Assembly: GCA_964291395.2 (NCBI GenBank)
Contig: OZ219856.1
Coordinates: 1,248,001-1,312,000 of the forward strand
Origin: Alphaproteobacteria bacterium
Lineage (GTDB): Bacteria; Pseudomonadota; Alphaproteobacteria; UBA2966
Reading direction: 5' to 3'
Length of the DNA: 64,000 nucleotides
A model generated the notes under the pieces. That model did no database searches and was not told where the DNA came from. It was given only the letters and a program-made list of their open reading frames with translations. Both the position numbers and the translations under genes were made by a program. Positions 29,428 to 38,881 of the stretch are shown piece by piece (position 1 is the first letter of the stretch; every line of letters starts with the position of its first letter).

Positions 29428-30321
29428 TCAACCCAGCGCCTGGTTCAGCAATTCGGGGATCTCTCCCAAGCGATGAGCGATGTGCGCTCCCGCCTCGGCT
29501 AGGAGCTTCTGCTTCGCCGACGCCGAGTCGTCCTCGGTGCGAATCATGGCCGCGACGTGACCGAAGCTCAGGCCTTTCGGGTGACTCTCTTGAAAGACGC
29601 CGGCGATCAGCGCGACCACCGGCTTGTTGATCTCGCCGTCACGCATGGCCCGGGCCAAGCCTTGCTCCAGTTCGGAGCCGGGCTCGCCGTAAAACAGCAT
29701 GGCGTCGGTGTCGGGATCGGCCTCGAACTGTCTGGCGTACTCGGACATGTCGTTGCCGATGATGGGATCGCCGCCCATCGAGACGCAGGTAGAGACGCCG
29801 TAGCCACCCGCTGCCAACGCCGCGCTCAGTTCCGCCGACATGCCCCCGGAACGGGAGCACACGCCGACCCGCCCCGGCACATAGAGTTCATCGGCTCGAT
29901 CTCCGCCGATACCGCCGAGCTTGCTCTTGCCCGGCGAGATCATGCCGTTGGTGTTGAACCCGATCAGCCAAGTGCCGGCCGCACGGGTCGTGGCAACAGC
30001 GATCGCGGCATCGTGCCGGGGCACATTCTCCGTAAGCGCGACGATGACCTCGATTCCCGCGTCGACCGCCTCCAACACGGCATCCTTGATGCCTGCGGCC
30101 GGAACGTAGATCACCGATGCCGTCGCGCCGGATGCCGCAACCCCGGCTTCTACGGTGTTGTAGACGGGAACGCCCTCGACGTCCTGCCCGCCCCGGCCGG
30201 GCGTGACCCCCGCGACGATGTTGGTGCCGTAGGCCAGGCAGTACCGGGTATCGAAGCGGCCCTGGGACCCCGTGATGCCTTGGACGAGGACGCGCGTCGA
30301 TTCGTCGATCAGGACGCTCAT
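29428..30321 (-). CDS. Succinyl-CoA synthetase alpha-like CoA ligase subunit (divergent paralogue)
   Basis: VLVQGITG, YGTNIVAGVTPG, SRSGG, GGDPIIG, phospho-His FGHVAA. ATGA-coupled to the beta gene. Confidence 0.88.
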   Translation of the reverse strand: MSVLIDESTRVLVQGITGSQGRFDTRYCLAYGTNIVAGVTPGRGGQDVEGVPVYNTVEAGVAASGATASVIYVPAAGIKDAVLEAVDAGIEVIVALTENVPRHDAAIAVATTRAAGTWLIGFNTNGMISPGKSKLGGIGGDRADELYVPGRVGVCSRSGGMSAELSAALAAGGYGVSTCVSMGGDPIIGNDMSEYARQFEADPDTDAMLFYGEPGSELEQGLARAMRDGEINKPVVALIAGVFQESHPKGLSFGHVAAMIRTEDDSASAKQKLLAEAGAHIAHRLGEIPELLNQALG

Positions 30322-31526
30322 GCCGCGCCCTCGCGGCTGACCGCTTCGTTCGTGAGATCGACGATGAGCTTGACGGCGTCGTCGAGCGAGGCCTTGGGAG
30401 GCAGATAGCGCACGCCGGGAAATGCCTCGACCATGGCACGCGCCTCGTCCTCGCCAGGGCCGAATACGCGGACCACGACGGGGAAAGTTCGGGCATCGAT
30501 CTCATGCTGGCGGAGGGCCTCGCATAACGCATTCACGAGGACGTTGCAGGGCAGGAGCTGAAGATAATTGAAGCTCAGCAAGAGGCCCTTGGTATTCGGG
30601 TTCTCGAGGATGGCATTGAGCACGGCGAGCGGCTTGTCGATGGATGGCGCGGGACTGAAATCCGTATGGTTTGCCAACTTGCCGCCGAAGTCGACGACCA
30701 TGTCATGCTGCAGAAGGCTGGCCCCGCCACCGCCCATGAGGACGCCGATGTTGCCGTCGAGTTCGGCATAGCGAAGGGCGCCGCCCGGCAGCGTTTCGTT
30801 GGCGCGCATCACGGCGAGCTCGCGCTCGTTCAGCATCCGTCCCTCGGCACCGAAACCGAGGCCCTCACCGGCCCAGTCGCGGTGGCGGAAGACCGCGTTG
30901 TCGTCGATCTCCATCATGGCGCCGACGAGGCCGAGATGGCCGTCCCCATCCACGGCGATGGGATTGCACTCGATCATGATGGCGTCGGCGTCGCGAAAGG
31001 CCTTGTAGAGTTGGGATGTGAGCCGGCCGAGGCGGGCGAGCACCGGTCCCTCGACGCCCGCCTGTTCCCACAAGCTGATGGCATCCCACGGCCGCAATTC
31101 CGTGAGGGGATCGACGTCCGCCGTCACGACGGCATCCGGGTCCCGCCCAAAGGTCTGCTCGATCTCCACGCCGCCGTGACGGCTGATGACGACCTTGGGC
31201 GCCCGTGCCCCGAAGGCGAAACTCAGGTAGTACTCGGCATCGATGGGGAATTTCGCCTCGACGTAAACGCCTTTTACCGGATACCCGTTGATGGTTTGGC
31301 CGATCAGGGTGTTTGCCGCCTCTGCAGCCTCTTCGGGCGTATCGACGAGATGAACGGCACCGGCCTTGCCGCGCCTTCCGGTCGGGACGATCGCCTTCAC
31401 GGCGACGCCGCCCAGACGTTCCGCGATGACCGACGCTTCGGACGGGTTCGCCGCGGCACTGCCTTCCGGAACGGGGAACCTATTCTCCCGAAGCCAGGCT
31501 TTGACCTTTTCCTCGGTTAGCCGCAT
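30318..31526 (-). CDS. Succinyl-CoA synthetase beta/citryl-CoA synthetase-like ATP-grasp subunit
   Basis: VKA..TGRRGKAG, GGVEIE, ECNP, DDNAVFRH, LDGNIGVLMGGGGAS, LANHTDFSPAP. Confidence 0.85.
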   Translation of the reverse strand: MRLTEEKVKAWLRENRFPVPEGSAAANPSEASVIAERLGGVAVKAIVPTGRRGKAGAVHLVDTPEEAAEAANTLIGQTINGYPVKGVYVEAKFPIDAEYYLSFAFGARAPKVVISRHGGVEIEQTFGRDPDAVVTADVDPLTELRPWDAISLWEQAGVEGPVLARLGRLTSQLYKAFRDADAIMIECNPIAVDGDGHLGLVGAMMEIDDNAVFRHRDWAGEGLGFGAEGRMLNERELAVMRANETLPGGALRYAELDGNIGVLMGGGGASLLQHDMVVDFGGKLANHTDFSPAPSIDKPLAVLNAILENPNTKGLLLSFNYLQLLPCNVLVNALCEALRQHEIDARTFPVVVRVFGPGEDEARAMVEAFPGVRYLPPKASLDDAVKLIVDLTNEAVSREGAA

Positions 31527-31565
31527 CGGCGGACTCGCTTGCCTATCGTGCGTGGTATCGGACGT

Positions 31566-32462
31566 TCAAATCCGGTATGTCCGCGCCGCGTTGTCGTAGA
31601 ACAGTTTCCGCTTCTCCGATTCGGAGAAATCTTCCACGACCAACTTGAACGCGTCGAACAACGTATCGTAGTCGCTCATGACGCTGTCGACAGGGAAGTT
31701 CGACGCAAACATGCAACGGTCGACGCCAAAAATCTCGATACCGTCGAGGATGAACGTCCGGATGCTGTCCACCGACCAATAGAAATCGGTCATGCCCAGT
31801 CCGGACAGTTTGAGTGAGATGTTCGGACATTTCGCCAACAGGCGCATATTCGCCCGCCAAGCCTCGATGCCGGCATAGTGCCGCTCGAGCGGGAAAGCCA
31901 GATGCACCAGGATGACGGGGATATCCGGATAACGGTTGGTGAGGCGAACCGTGTCTTCCGCCTGGTGGGCGCAGATCTGATGGTCGAAGGACAGATCGTG
32001 TTTCTTGAGGAGACCGAAATTGCCCAGCCAGGTCTCGTCGTTCAGGAGATCCACCGGCGTCAGATCGAGCAGCGGCTCCGCCGGGTGACGGCTCGCGATC
32101 TGACGGATACCGCGGAAGTTGGGGAACTCCGCGTGCTCCTCGAGCTGGCGTTCGCAGTCAGGCGACGTGAAGTCGACCCAGCCGACGATGGCGTGGGGGA
32201 AGCCCTGCGAGTTGGGGTCGTCCGCCACGCTTTGCAGCCAACGGGTTTCGCCCGCCGGGTTGCCGTGGTCGTAGTTGGCCTGCACGTGAACGGACTTAAC
32301 GACGTTCTGGTTCCGGATGTCCGCCAGGAAATCCTCGACGAGGTAATTCCTTCGAAGTTTGGTGTTCGGCCCCCAAATGCGAATCGATTCAGGCCCCTTC
32401 ATATGGGGATAGTCATGATTTTCGATATCCCACAGATGATGATGCGCATCGATGATCTGCAT
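31566..32462 (-). CDS. Amidohydrolase-2 family protein (sugar lactonase-like)
   Basis: IIDAHHHLWD, SVHVQA, FRGIRQ, LKLSG, FGVDRCMFASNFPVD. Confidence 0.85.
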   Translation of the reverse strand: MQIIDAHHHLWDIENHDYPHMKGPESIRIWGPNTKLRRNYLVEDFLADIRNQNVVKSVHVQANYDHGNPAGETRWLQSVADDPNSQGFPHAIVGWVDFTSPDCERQLEEHAEFPNFRGIRQIASRHPAEPLLDLTPVDLLNDETWLGNFGLLKKHDLSFDHQICAHQAEDTVRLTNRYPDIPVILVHLAFPLERHYAGIEAWRANMRLLAKCPNISLKLSGLGMTDFYWSVDSIRTFILDGIEIFGVDRCMFASNFPVDSVMSDYDTLFDAFKLVVEDFSESEKRKLFYDNAARTYRI

Positions 32463-32628
32463 CGTAAGAGGGCCTCCGGGCAGGTTCGGAAATCTCGGCG
32501 AGGACTTCGCCAGCGGTGGAACGGAATCAGGCCGCAAATTAGAAGATAAAGGCGGGCGCCAGCAAGGTTGCGCCGGTGAGCGTTTTGCGCGGCCGACGTT
32601 CGTGATATCAAGCGGTCAGGGATCGCGC

Positions 32629-33714
32629 ATGTCAGGATACGTGAATGAGATGACCGAGCGACTGCTCCAGCCCGTTGCGGACAAGTCCGCCTGGAAGGGA
32701 GCGGACCTGGAGTCCGATACGTCGTGGTGGTTTTCGTTGGACCGGAAGCACGTCGACGAAATCGAGTCATTGATAAGTTCCCTGCGCGCTTCCGGAAGGC
32801 GGCCGCCAGCGGTCTTGAGGGAAGATTTTTCCGCACCCGCTCTGGCAGCGTTGTTCTCCCGAGTTCGTAACGAGCTGGAGTCGGGCTTTGGTGTGGCCCG
32901 GGTATCTGGCTTTCCGATAAGGAATTTCGACGTCGCGGACCTTGAAACCGCGTTCTGGGCGATGGGGTTGTTGATGGGTCGACCCGTCTCGCAGAACAGC
33001 GCGGGCGAAAGCATCGCCCATGTCGTCGACCGGGGTGTTTCCTATCAACAGGCCAATGCCCGCGGCTATACCACCCGTGCGGAACTTGTTCCGCACTGTG
33101 ATGCGGGTCCCGATTTCACGGGTCTGCTGTGCGTCCACCCCGCCAAAAGTGGCGGCGAGAGCTCGCTGGCGAGTTCGATGGCCATCTACAACGAGATCCT
33201 GACCAAGCATCCTGACTACCTCGATGACCTATACCGTGGCTTCTATCACGACCTCCGTGGCGAAGGGCCCACCGCCGGTCTCGACGAACTCACCAACCAC
33301 CCCATTCCCGTGTTCAGCTATTGCGAGGGTGCGTTGAGCTGTAGTTTCAATACGAAGTCCATGGAACAGGCGAATGTGAAGATGGGCACGGACTACACCG
33401 CGACGCAGCAGGCCGCCGTCGGCTGCATCTTGAACCTCGCCCGTGATCCGGCATTCCGCTACGATATGGCCTTCGAGGCCGGCGACATCCAGTTCGTCAA
33501 CAATCACACCGTCCTTCATTCCCGTAACGCTTACGAGGACTTCGACGAGCCTGATCGCCGGCGGCGACTCCTGCGCCTATGGATCGTGCAGCCGGAATGC
33601 CGCCCCTTGGATCCCCTGTTCGCCGACAGGTTCAATACGGGTCCGCGTGGGGGCGTGGCGCGGCGCGACGACCTGGGCCGGTCATTGCCCGGACTGTCGG
33701 CGGTCGAGATATGA
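32629..33714 (+). CDS. TauD/TfdA family Fe(II)/2-oxoglutarate dioxygenase (start may be 32650)
   Basis: HCD iron motif, AKSGGES, GDIQFVNNHTVLHSR, RRLLRLW. Confidence 0.88.
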   Translation: MSGYVNEMTERLLQPVADKSAWKGADLESDTSWWFSLDRKHVDEIESLISSLRASGRRPPAVLREDFSAPALAALFSRVRNELESGFGVARVSGFPIRNFDVADLETAFWAMGLLMGRPVSQNSAGESIAHVVDRGVSYQQANARGYTTRAELVPHCDAGPDFTGLLCVHPAKSGGESSLASSMAIYNEILTKHPDYLDDLYRGFYHDLRGEGPTAGLDELTNHPIPVFSYCEGALSCSFNTKSMEQANVKMGTDYTATQQAAVGCILNLARDPAFRYDMAFEAGDIQFVNNHTVLHSRNAYEDFDEPDRRRRLLRLWIVQPECRPLDPLFADRFNTGPRGGVARRDDLGRSLPGLSAVEI

Positions 33715-34460
33715 GCGGAACGCTCGAAGGCAAGGCCGCCGTCGTTACGGGCGGGGCAGGCGGCATCGGTTCGGCCGTCAGCAAGCTGCTGGCCTCGAGC
33801 GGTGCTCGCGTCGTCGTGGCCTACAACCGCAACGAGGAGCGAGCGCGGGAACTCGTCAACAATCTTCCCGGGAACGGACACTTCGCCGAGCACGTTGCGA
33901 TCGAGGACGGGACCTCGCTGGCCACGTTCGCCGAGGCGGTGGAAGCGCATTTCGGAGACCTCGACATTTTGGTCAACAATGCGGCGACCACGCGTTTCAT
34001 CCCTCACGATGATCTCGCGGAACTGGACGACGAGCTGTTCGACAGGATCATGCAGGTGAACGTCCGCGGTTCCTTCGCCTGTATCCGCGCGCTTCGTCCG
34101 TTGCTCGAAGCGGGAGAGAGGGGCCTGATCGTCAACATGTCCTCGATCGCTGCCGTAATCGGACTAGGCAGCAATGTCGCCTACTGCGCCTCGAAGGCGG
34201 CGCTTGACAGCGTGACGCGATCTTTGGCCCGGGTGCTGGCGCCCAAGATTCGCGTCGTCTCGGTCGCCCCGGGAGTGGTCGACACCCCTTGGATCGGGAG
34301 TTTCGACAAACAGTGGCAGGACCAACAGATGGCGCGAACGCCGCTCGAGGAATTCGCTCAGCCCGAAGACGTGGCGCAGGCGGTTCTCGCCGTTGCAGTC
34401 AATCTGAGATCGACGACCGGCAGCGTCGTCACCGTGGACGGTGGCCGCCTTCTCGGTTAG
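33711..34460 (+). CDS. Short-chain dehydrogenase/reductase
   Basis: TGGAGGIG, NNA, YCASK, APG. ATGA overlap with the TauD stop. Confidence 0.92.
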   Translation: MSGTLEGKAAVVTGGAGGIGSAVSKLLASSGARVVVAYNRNEERARELVNNLPGNGHFAEHVAIEDGTSLATFAEAVEAHFGDLDILVNNAATTRFIPHDDLAELDDELFDRIMQVNVRGSFACIRALRPLLEAGERGLIVNMSSIAAVIGLGSNVAYCASKAALDSVTRSLARVLAPKIRVVSVAPGVVDTPWIGSFDKQWQDQQMARTPLEEFAQPEDVAQAVLAVAVNLRSTTGSVVTVDGGRLLG

Positions 34461-34508
34461 CTGCGCGATCTCCTTAACTCTCGTCGTTTCATATGATCGG
34501 AGACCTGG

Positions 34509-35222
34509 ATGACGGACAAGCCATTGAGTAGGGAAGAATTGATCCCGCTGCGGGAGCTCGATACGCCGACGATTTACAACACGATAGAGATGCTGCGGCC
34601 GGAACGTCAGGGCTTCGGATACACGACGGACACGATGGTTTGCGTCGATCCCGGCCTTCCGCCTCTCGTCGGGTATGCCAAGACTGCTGCGATTCGGAGT
34701 ACGCGGCCGTCCGGCAAGCCTGCCGATCAGGTGCGGCAGATTCGCCTCGACTACTTCCGATACGTTGCGGCCGATCCCGTCCCCGGCATCGCGGTGATCC
34801 AGGATCTCGACGGCGATCACGCGGGGTACGGCTCTTTTTGGGGCGAGGTAACGTCGACGGCGCTGAATGCATTGGGATGTATCGGCGGGATCACGGATGG
34901 CAGCATCCGGGACGTCGACGCCATCGCGCCGGGGTTTCAGCTTCTGGCCCGCAAGATCGTGCCGAGCCGCGCCTTTGTGCACCTGGTCGACTTCGAATGC
35001 GACGTCAATATCCTCGGCATGGTCGTCCGGCCGGGGGATCTCGTTCACGCGGACCGGCACGGGGCCGTCGTCATTCCTCACGACCTATCCCGCGACATCG
35101 CCAGGGGTGCCGATCTCATCGCGCGCCGGGAAAAGATCATTTTGAATGCCGCCCGGAGTCCGGGTTTTACTGTCGATGCACTGGAAAGGGCGATGGACGA
35201 AGTGTCCCAACTCAAGGAGTGA
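34509..35222 (+). CDS. RraA/HMG-aldolase family protein
   Basis: DTPTIYN, GYAKT, WGEV, TDGSIRDV, VRPGDLVHADRHGAVVIP. Confidence 0.88.
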   Translation: MTDKPLSREELIPLRELDTPTIYNTIEMLRPERQGFGYTTDTMVCVDPGLPPLVGYAKTAAIRSTRPSGKPADQVRQIRLDYFRYVAADPVPGIAVIQDLDGDHAGYGSFWGEVTSTALNALGCIGGITDGSIRDVDAIAPGFQLLARKIVPSRAFVHLVDFECDVNILGMVVRPGDLVHADRHGAVVIPHDLSRDIARGADLIARREKIILNAARSPGFTVDALERAMDEVSQLKE

Positions 35223-35234
35223 TCAGGCGGGGTT

Positions 35235-36002
35235 TCAAGAATCGCTCGATGGGCTTCGATGAACAAGCCGAGGGCCGAACGTCTGAGCCACGGGCATGAC
35301 CTCGAGCGTATTGACGTTAACGTGTGACGGGAGCGTGACGACGTCGAGGAGGACTTGGGCGACGTCGGCGGCGGTCATGGCTTTGAAGTCCTCGTAGAAG
35401 TTGGCGTCGGGATTGCCCGTTCTCACGATGTCGAATTCCGTCTCCGACATACCCGGCGAGATCGATGTGACTCGGACGTTTCGGCCGATGAGGTCACCCC
35501 GCGTGTTCATTGCGAACTGGGTGACGAACGATTTCGTGGCGCCGTAAACCGGGCCACCGGGTCCGTAGTGGTTTCCGGCCACCGATGCCACGTTGATCAC
35601 GTGGCCTCGATCGCGGATCACCATGCCCGGCATGATTGCCCGCGTGCAATACAGGACGCCCTTGATATTCGTGTCGATCATCGTCTCCCATTCGTCAATA
35701 TCCGCCTCCCAGGCCGGTGCCCGGCCGATCGCCAACCCCGCGTTGTTGACGAGAATCGAGATTTCGGCAAAGTCGTCGGGGAGATCTGAAACGGCGGCTT
35801 CAACCGCGTGTCGGTCACGCACATCGAGGGTGATCGCCAAGCAATTGTCGCCCAGTTCCGATCGCAGTTTCTCCAACCGGTCGGTGCGGCGTCCGGACGC
35901 GATAACACGCGCGCCTTCCGCGACGAACAGCTTGGCGGTGGCTTTTCCGAAACCTGCGGTTGCGCCGGTGATGAAGGCAATCTCGCCATCGAGTTTCGCC
36001 AT
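35235..36002 (-). CDS. SDR, YdfG-like 3-hydroxy acid dehydrogenase
   Basis: ITGATAGFG, NNAGLAIG, MIDTNIKG, YGATK, LPSHVNVNTLEVMP. Confidence 0.88.
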   Translation of the reverse strand: MAKLDGEIAFITGATAGFGKATAKLFVAEGARVIASGRRTDRLEKLRSELGDNCLAITLDVRDRHAVEAAVSDLPDDFAEISILVNNAGLAIGRAPAWEADIDEWETMIDTNIKGVLYCTRAIMPGMVIRDRGHVINVASVAGNHYGPGGPVYGATKSFVTQFAMNTRGDLIGRNVRVTSISPGMSETEFDIVRTGNPDANFYEDFKAMTAADVAQVLLDVVTLPSHVNVNTLEVMPVAQTFGPRLVHRSPSSDS

Positions 36003-36127
36003 GAAGATGCTCCTGGATTTCAAAATTTCGATCAAACGGAAACGCTTCCCGACGGCATGGGAACCACGGGGGTACTCTCAGACCACTTGAGGTAATGCGC
36101 CTCCGCGACGGTTGGGGAATCGATGAG

Positions 36128-36160
36128 GAAAGCGGTTCCAGTCAAACCGGAACCGATCTA
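36128..36160. repeat. 33-bp palindromic dispersed repeat, copy 2
   Basis: GAAAGCGGTTCCAGTCAAACCGGAACCGATCTA. Terminal CTA is the bactofilin TAG stop. Confidence 0.7.
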
Positions 36161-36658
36161 GCTTCCGGCAACCCTTGTGACGGCAACGACCCCTGCTTCA
36201 CCGCCGCTTCCCGGCTGTGCGGCTGGCTCCGGCGCCAGGGCAGCCCCCATCTCGAACGGCCGCGCGATCTCCTGGTCCGCCGATTCATTCTTGGCGCGCG
36301 TCAGCTGGCCTTCGATGTACGCTCCCGACTCCACCGAAAGGACCTCGTGCCAAATATCACCGATCACCCTGGCGGTCTTGGCGATCCTGATATTTCCGGC
36401 ACGAACTTTTCCCGAAACTGCGCCATGAATCTCAACGTCTTCCGCGAAGATTTCACCGTTGATCGACGCTTTTTCACCGACGGTCAGCGATTGTGACGTG
36501 ATGTCGCCCTCAATGCTTCCATCGACCTGCACTTCGCCGTCCGTACTGAGATTGCCGATGATATGCAGATTGACGCTGATGATTGACGGAGCGGCTTTGA
36601 CGCCTCCTGCCGAGTTGGCCGAAACACTCCTCTTGTCTCGTTCATTCTTTGAAAACAT
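36158..36658 (-). CDS. Bactofilin (polymer-forming cytoskeletal protein)
   Basis: MFSK N-terminus, PSIIS..IIGNL..GEVQVDG.IEGDI...VESGAYIEG beta-helix. Confidence 0.92.
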   Translation of the reverse strand: MFSKNERDKRSVSANSAGGVKAAPSIISVNLHIIGNLSTDGEVQVDGSIEGDITSQSLTVGEKASINGEIFAEDVEIHGAVSGKVRAGNIRIAKTARVIGDIWHEVLSVESGAYIEGQLTRAKNESADQEIARPFEMGAALAPEPAAQPGSGGEAGVVAVTRVAGS

Positions 36659-37949
36659 ATTTACCCGCCTTCAGGAATTTCCCCGGGTCTTGTGGTCGTC
36701 CCTTGAACAGTACTTCGTAATGGACGTGCGAACCAGTACTGCGCCCCGTATTCCCCATCATGCCGATTTTCTGTCGATATTTAATTTTCTCACCCTTTTT
36801 TACGAGAATCTTGTGGAGATGTGCGTATCGAGTCCTGATATCGAGGCCATGGTCGATCTCCACGAACCGGCCGTAGGGTCCTTTCCGGCCCGCGTACGTC
36901 ACCACTCCCGCCGCCGTCGCGCGAACGAAGGTCTTGAGCGGTCCGGCCAAATCCAGCCCGTAGTGCATTTCCCAGCGCTTGGTGAACGGGTCGCGGCGCT
37001 TGCCGAATCCGCTGGAGACATAGTAGTGATCCGCCGGCGGGGTCAGAGGTAACGTCTTCAGAACCTGTTGCAGTCCTTCCCAGCGAGCCAAATGCAGCTC
37101 CAGCGCCAGGACGCTGTTTTCGAATTCGTTCCCCATGCCGGCGAAACTGGCGAGCGGTCCGCCTTGGCCAGACTTGCCCGCATCGGTCAGACGCAGCAGG
37201 TCGCCGACGTCGAGACCCGTGAGTTTGACCATCGACTCCATCTCTCCCACGCCGACATGGGTCCGGTCCCGGATTCGATCGATAAGATCACGCTGAGAAG
37301 ATTTCAACTCGCTCAGGCGTTGCTCGAGCCTCACCATGCGCTTGGCGGCAGAACTGTGCAGTTGACGCGCGCCATCCCGGTCCTTTGTGACTTGACTCAA
37401 CGACAGCCGCGTCTTTCTGAGCGAATCGGACAGGCTGGAGTTGCGTGATGAGGTCGCATCCAGATCCGTTTCCAATTGCTCCACTTGCGCCTTTAGTGCC
37501 CGCTTGATTGTGAGGGCCTGATCCCGTTCACTCGTGATTGTACCGAGTTTGTCCGTCAGTTCGCTCAGCCGTTCTTCCAGCGATCTCTTGTAGTGAACTA
37601 GGTCCGATAGCTGCTTGTGCTTGGCTTCGAGGTCGCTGGTCAGCGAAACGAAGTGGTCCTGCGTGTCCGAAAGTTCCAAGGCGAGTTGCTCATACGCCGC
37701 TTCCATATTCGCGATTTGGCGATCCTTGGACTCGATGATCTGATCCTTGAACAGGAGATAGACGGACGCGAAAATCACCCAACCGAATGACGCGATGAGG
37801 ACTGTGGCCACAATGCCTTGCGCAGGCTTGTTTAGCGAAATGAACCGAACATTTCCCTGGCTGCGGTAGTAGAACTGCCGCTCCGGAAACATCCGGTCGG
37901 TCAACTCAGTGAAAATGGCGCGCCAATCCCTGTTGTGGCTTTTTTTCAT
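36642..37949 (-). CDS. Membrane-anchored coiled-coil M23 peptidase (LmdC-like)
   Basis: FPERQFYYRS cytoplasmic motif, one TM, coiled coil, HYGLD and STGSHVHYEV Zn motifs. Overlaps bactofilin by 17 bp. Confidence 0.9.
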   Translation of the reverse strand: MKKSHNRDWRAIFTELTDRMFPERQFYYRSQGNVRFISLNKPAQGIVATVLIASFGWVIFASVYLLFKDQIIESKDRQIANMEAAYEQLALELSDTQDHFVSLTSDLEAKHKQLSDLVHYKRSLEERLSELTDKLGTITSERDQALTIKRALKAQVEQLETDLDATSSRNSSLSDSLRKTRLSLSQVTKDRDGARQLHSSAAKRMVRLEQRLSELKSSQRDLIDRIRDRTHVGVGEMESMVKLTGLDVGDLLRLTDAGKSGQGGPLASFAGMGNEFENSVLALELHLARWEGLQQVLKTLPLTPPADHYYVSSGFGKRRDPFTKRWEMHYGLDLAGPLKTFVRATAAGVVTYAGRKGPYGRFVEIDHGLDIRTRYAHLHKILVKKGEKIKYRQKIGMMGNTGRSTGSHVHYEVLFKGRPQDPGKFLKAGKYVFKE

Positions 37950-38121
37950 TATCGAGCCCACGGTCTCGTAAATCGGTGCACTGTGGATTCGTGGCTGGCG
38001 GACGGCGCAACAGGTCCGACACCGGGTCTCTTGGTCCAGTCACCACGAATGTGCTCGATCCTCATTCCATCTCTTGGAGACGACCAGGCACGAACCCGTG
38101 GCCTCACTTGCCCAGACCCTC

Positions 38122-38607
38122 TCAGGTCATGGCGCTCGCGGCGTCCAGCACTTCTTCGACGTGACCCCGTATTTTCACCTTCCTCCACACACGCTTCACT
38201 TTCGCACTTTTGTCGATCAGGAACGTTGCCCGCTCAATGCCCATGTATGTCCGTCCATACATGCTCTTTTCGACCCAGACGCCGTAATCGGAACACAGTT
38301 TGCCCTCCTCATCTGATATCAGTGTCACGCCCAGATCATGCTTGTTCTTGAATTTCTGATGTTTGGCGACGCTATCCCTGGATGCTCCCAAAACAACCGT
38401 GTCAAGCGTCGCGAAGTCCTTTAGAGCCTCCGTAAATCCGATCGCCTCCTTCGTACATCCCGACGTGTCGTCCTTCGGGTAAAAATAGAGGACGACGTTC
38501 TTTCCACGAAAATCCTTCAAAGCGACCGACGTGCCGTCATCGCTGGGTAGTGAAAAGTCTGGGGCCCGATCTCCCTCTTGAGGCCCGGTACCTTTCGGCT
38601 GGGTCAC
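38122..38607 (-). CDS. bcp: Peroxiredoxin Bcp
   Basis: VLYFYPKDDTSGCTKEA, GIERATFLID. Confidence 0.92.
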   Translation of the reverse strand: MTQPKGTGPQEGDRAPDFSLPSDDGTSVALKDFRGKNVVLYFYPKDDTSGCTKEAIGFTEALKDFATLDTVVLGASRDSVAKHQKFKNKHDLGVTLISDEEGKLCSDYGVWVEKSMYGRTYMGIERATFLIDKSAKVKRVWRKVKIRGHVEEVLDAASAMT

Positions 38608-38881
38608 CCTCTTGAACTCCTGACTTTGCCTAGAGGATTTTCATTGGGACGCGTGGCAGCTGCACACCACTCAAAGCCTCAGCAATTTTGCCTTCCTCTG
38701 AGATCGGCGGCAAGCATAGCTCCTCTATTTTCACGGCATTCGGTCGCACGATAACGGTGCGGTCCCCATCCCGCTTCGTCTCGGCAGGAGATCTTTCAAA
38801 AATTGAAAAATCATTTAATAACAATCTGATATTTGTCTTTTCTATCATGTCGTAGAAACAACAGTGTTCGAGAGGCCGCGA

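Noticed and set aside
29428-31526. Calling these genes housekeeping sucC/sucD
   Set aside because: Signature motifs diverge (no NGAGL; GHVAA instead of GHAGA) and there is no TCA-cycle gene context.
38630-38848. 72-aa ORF in the AT-rich gap between glnE and bcp
   Set aside because: No SD, motif or typical codon bias, so more likely bcp promoter DNA. An OxyR-like ATAG-N7 pattern there matched too poorly to call.
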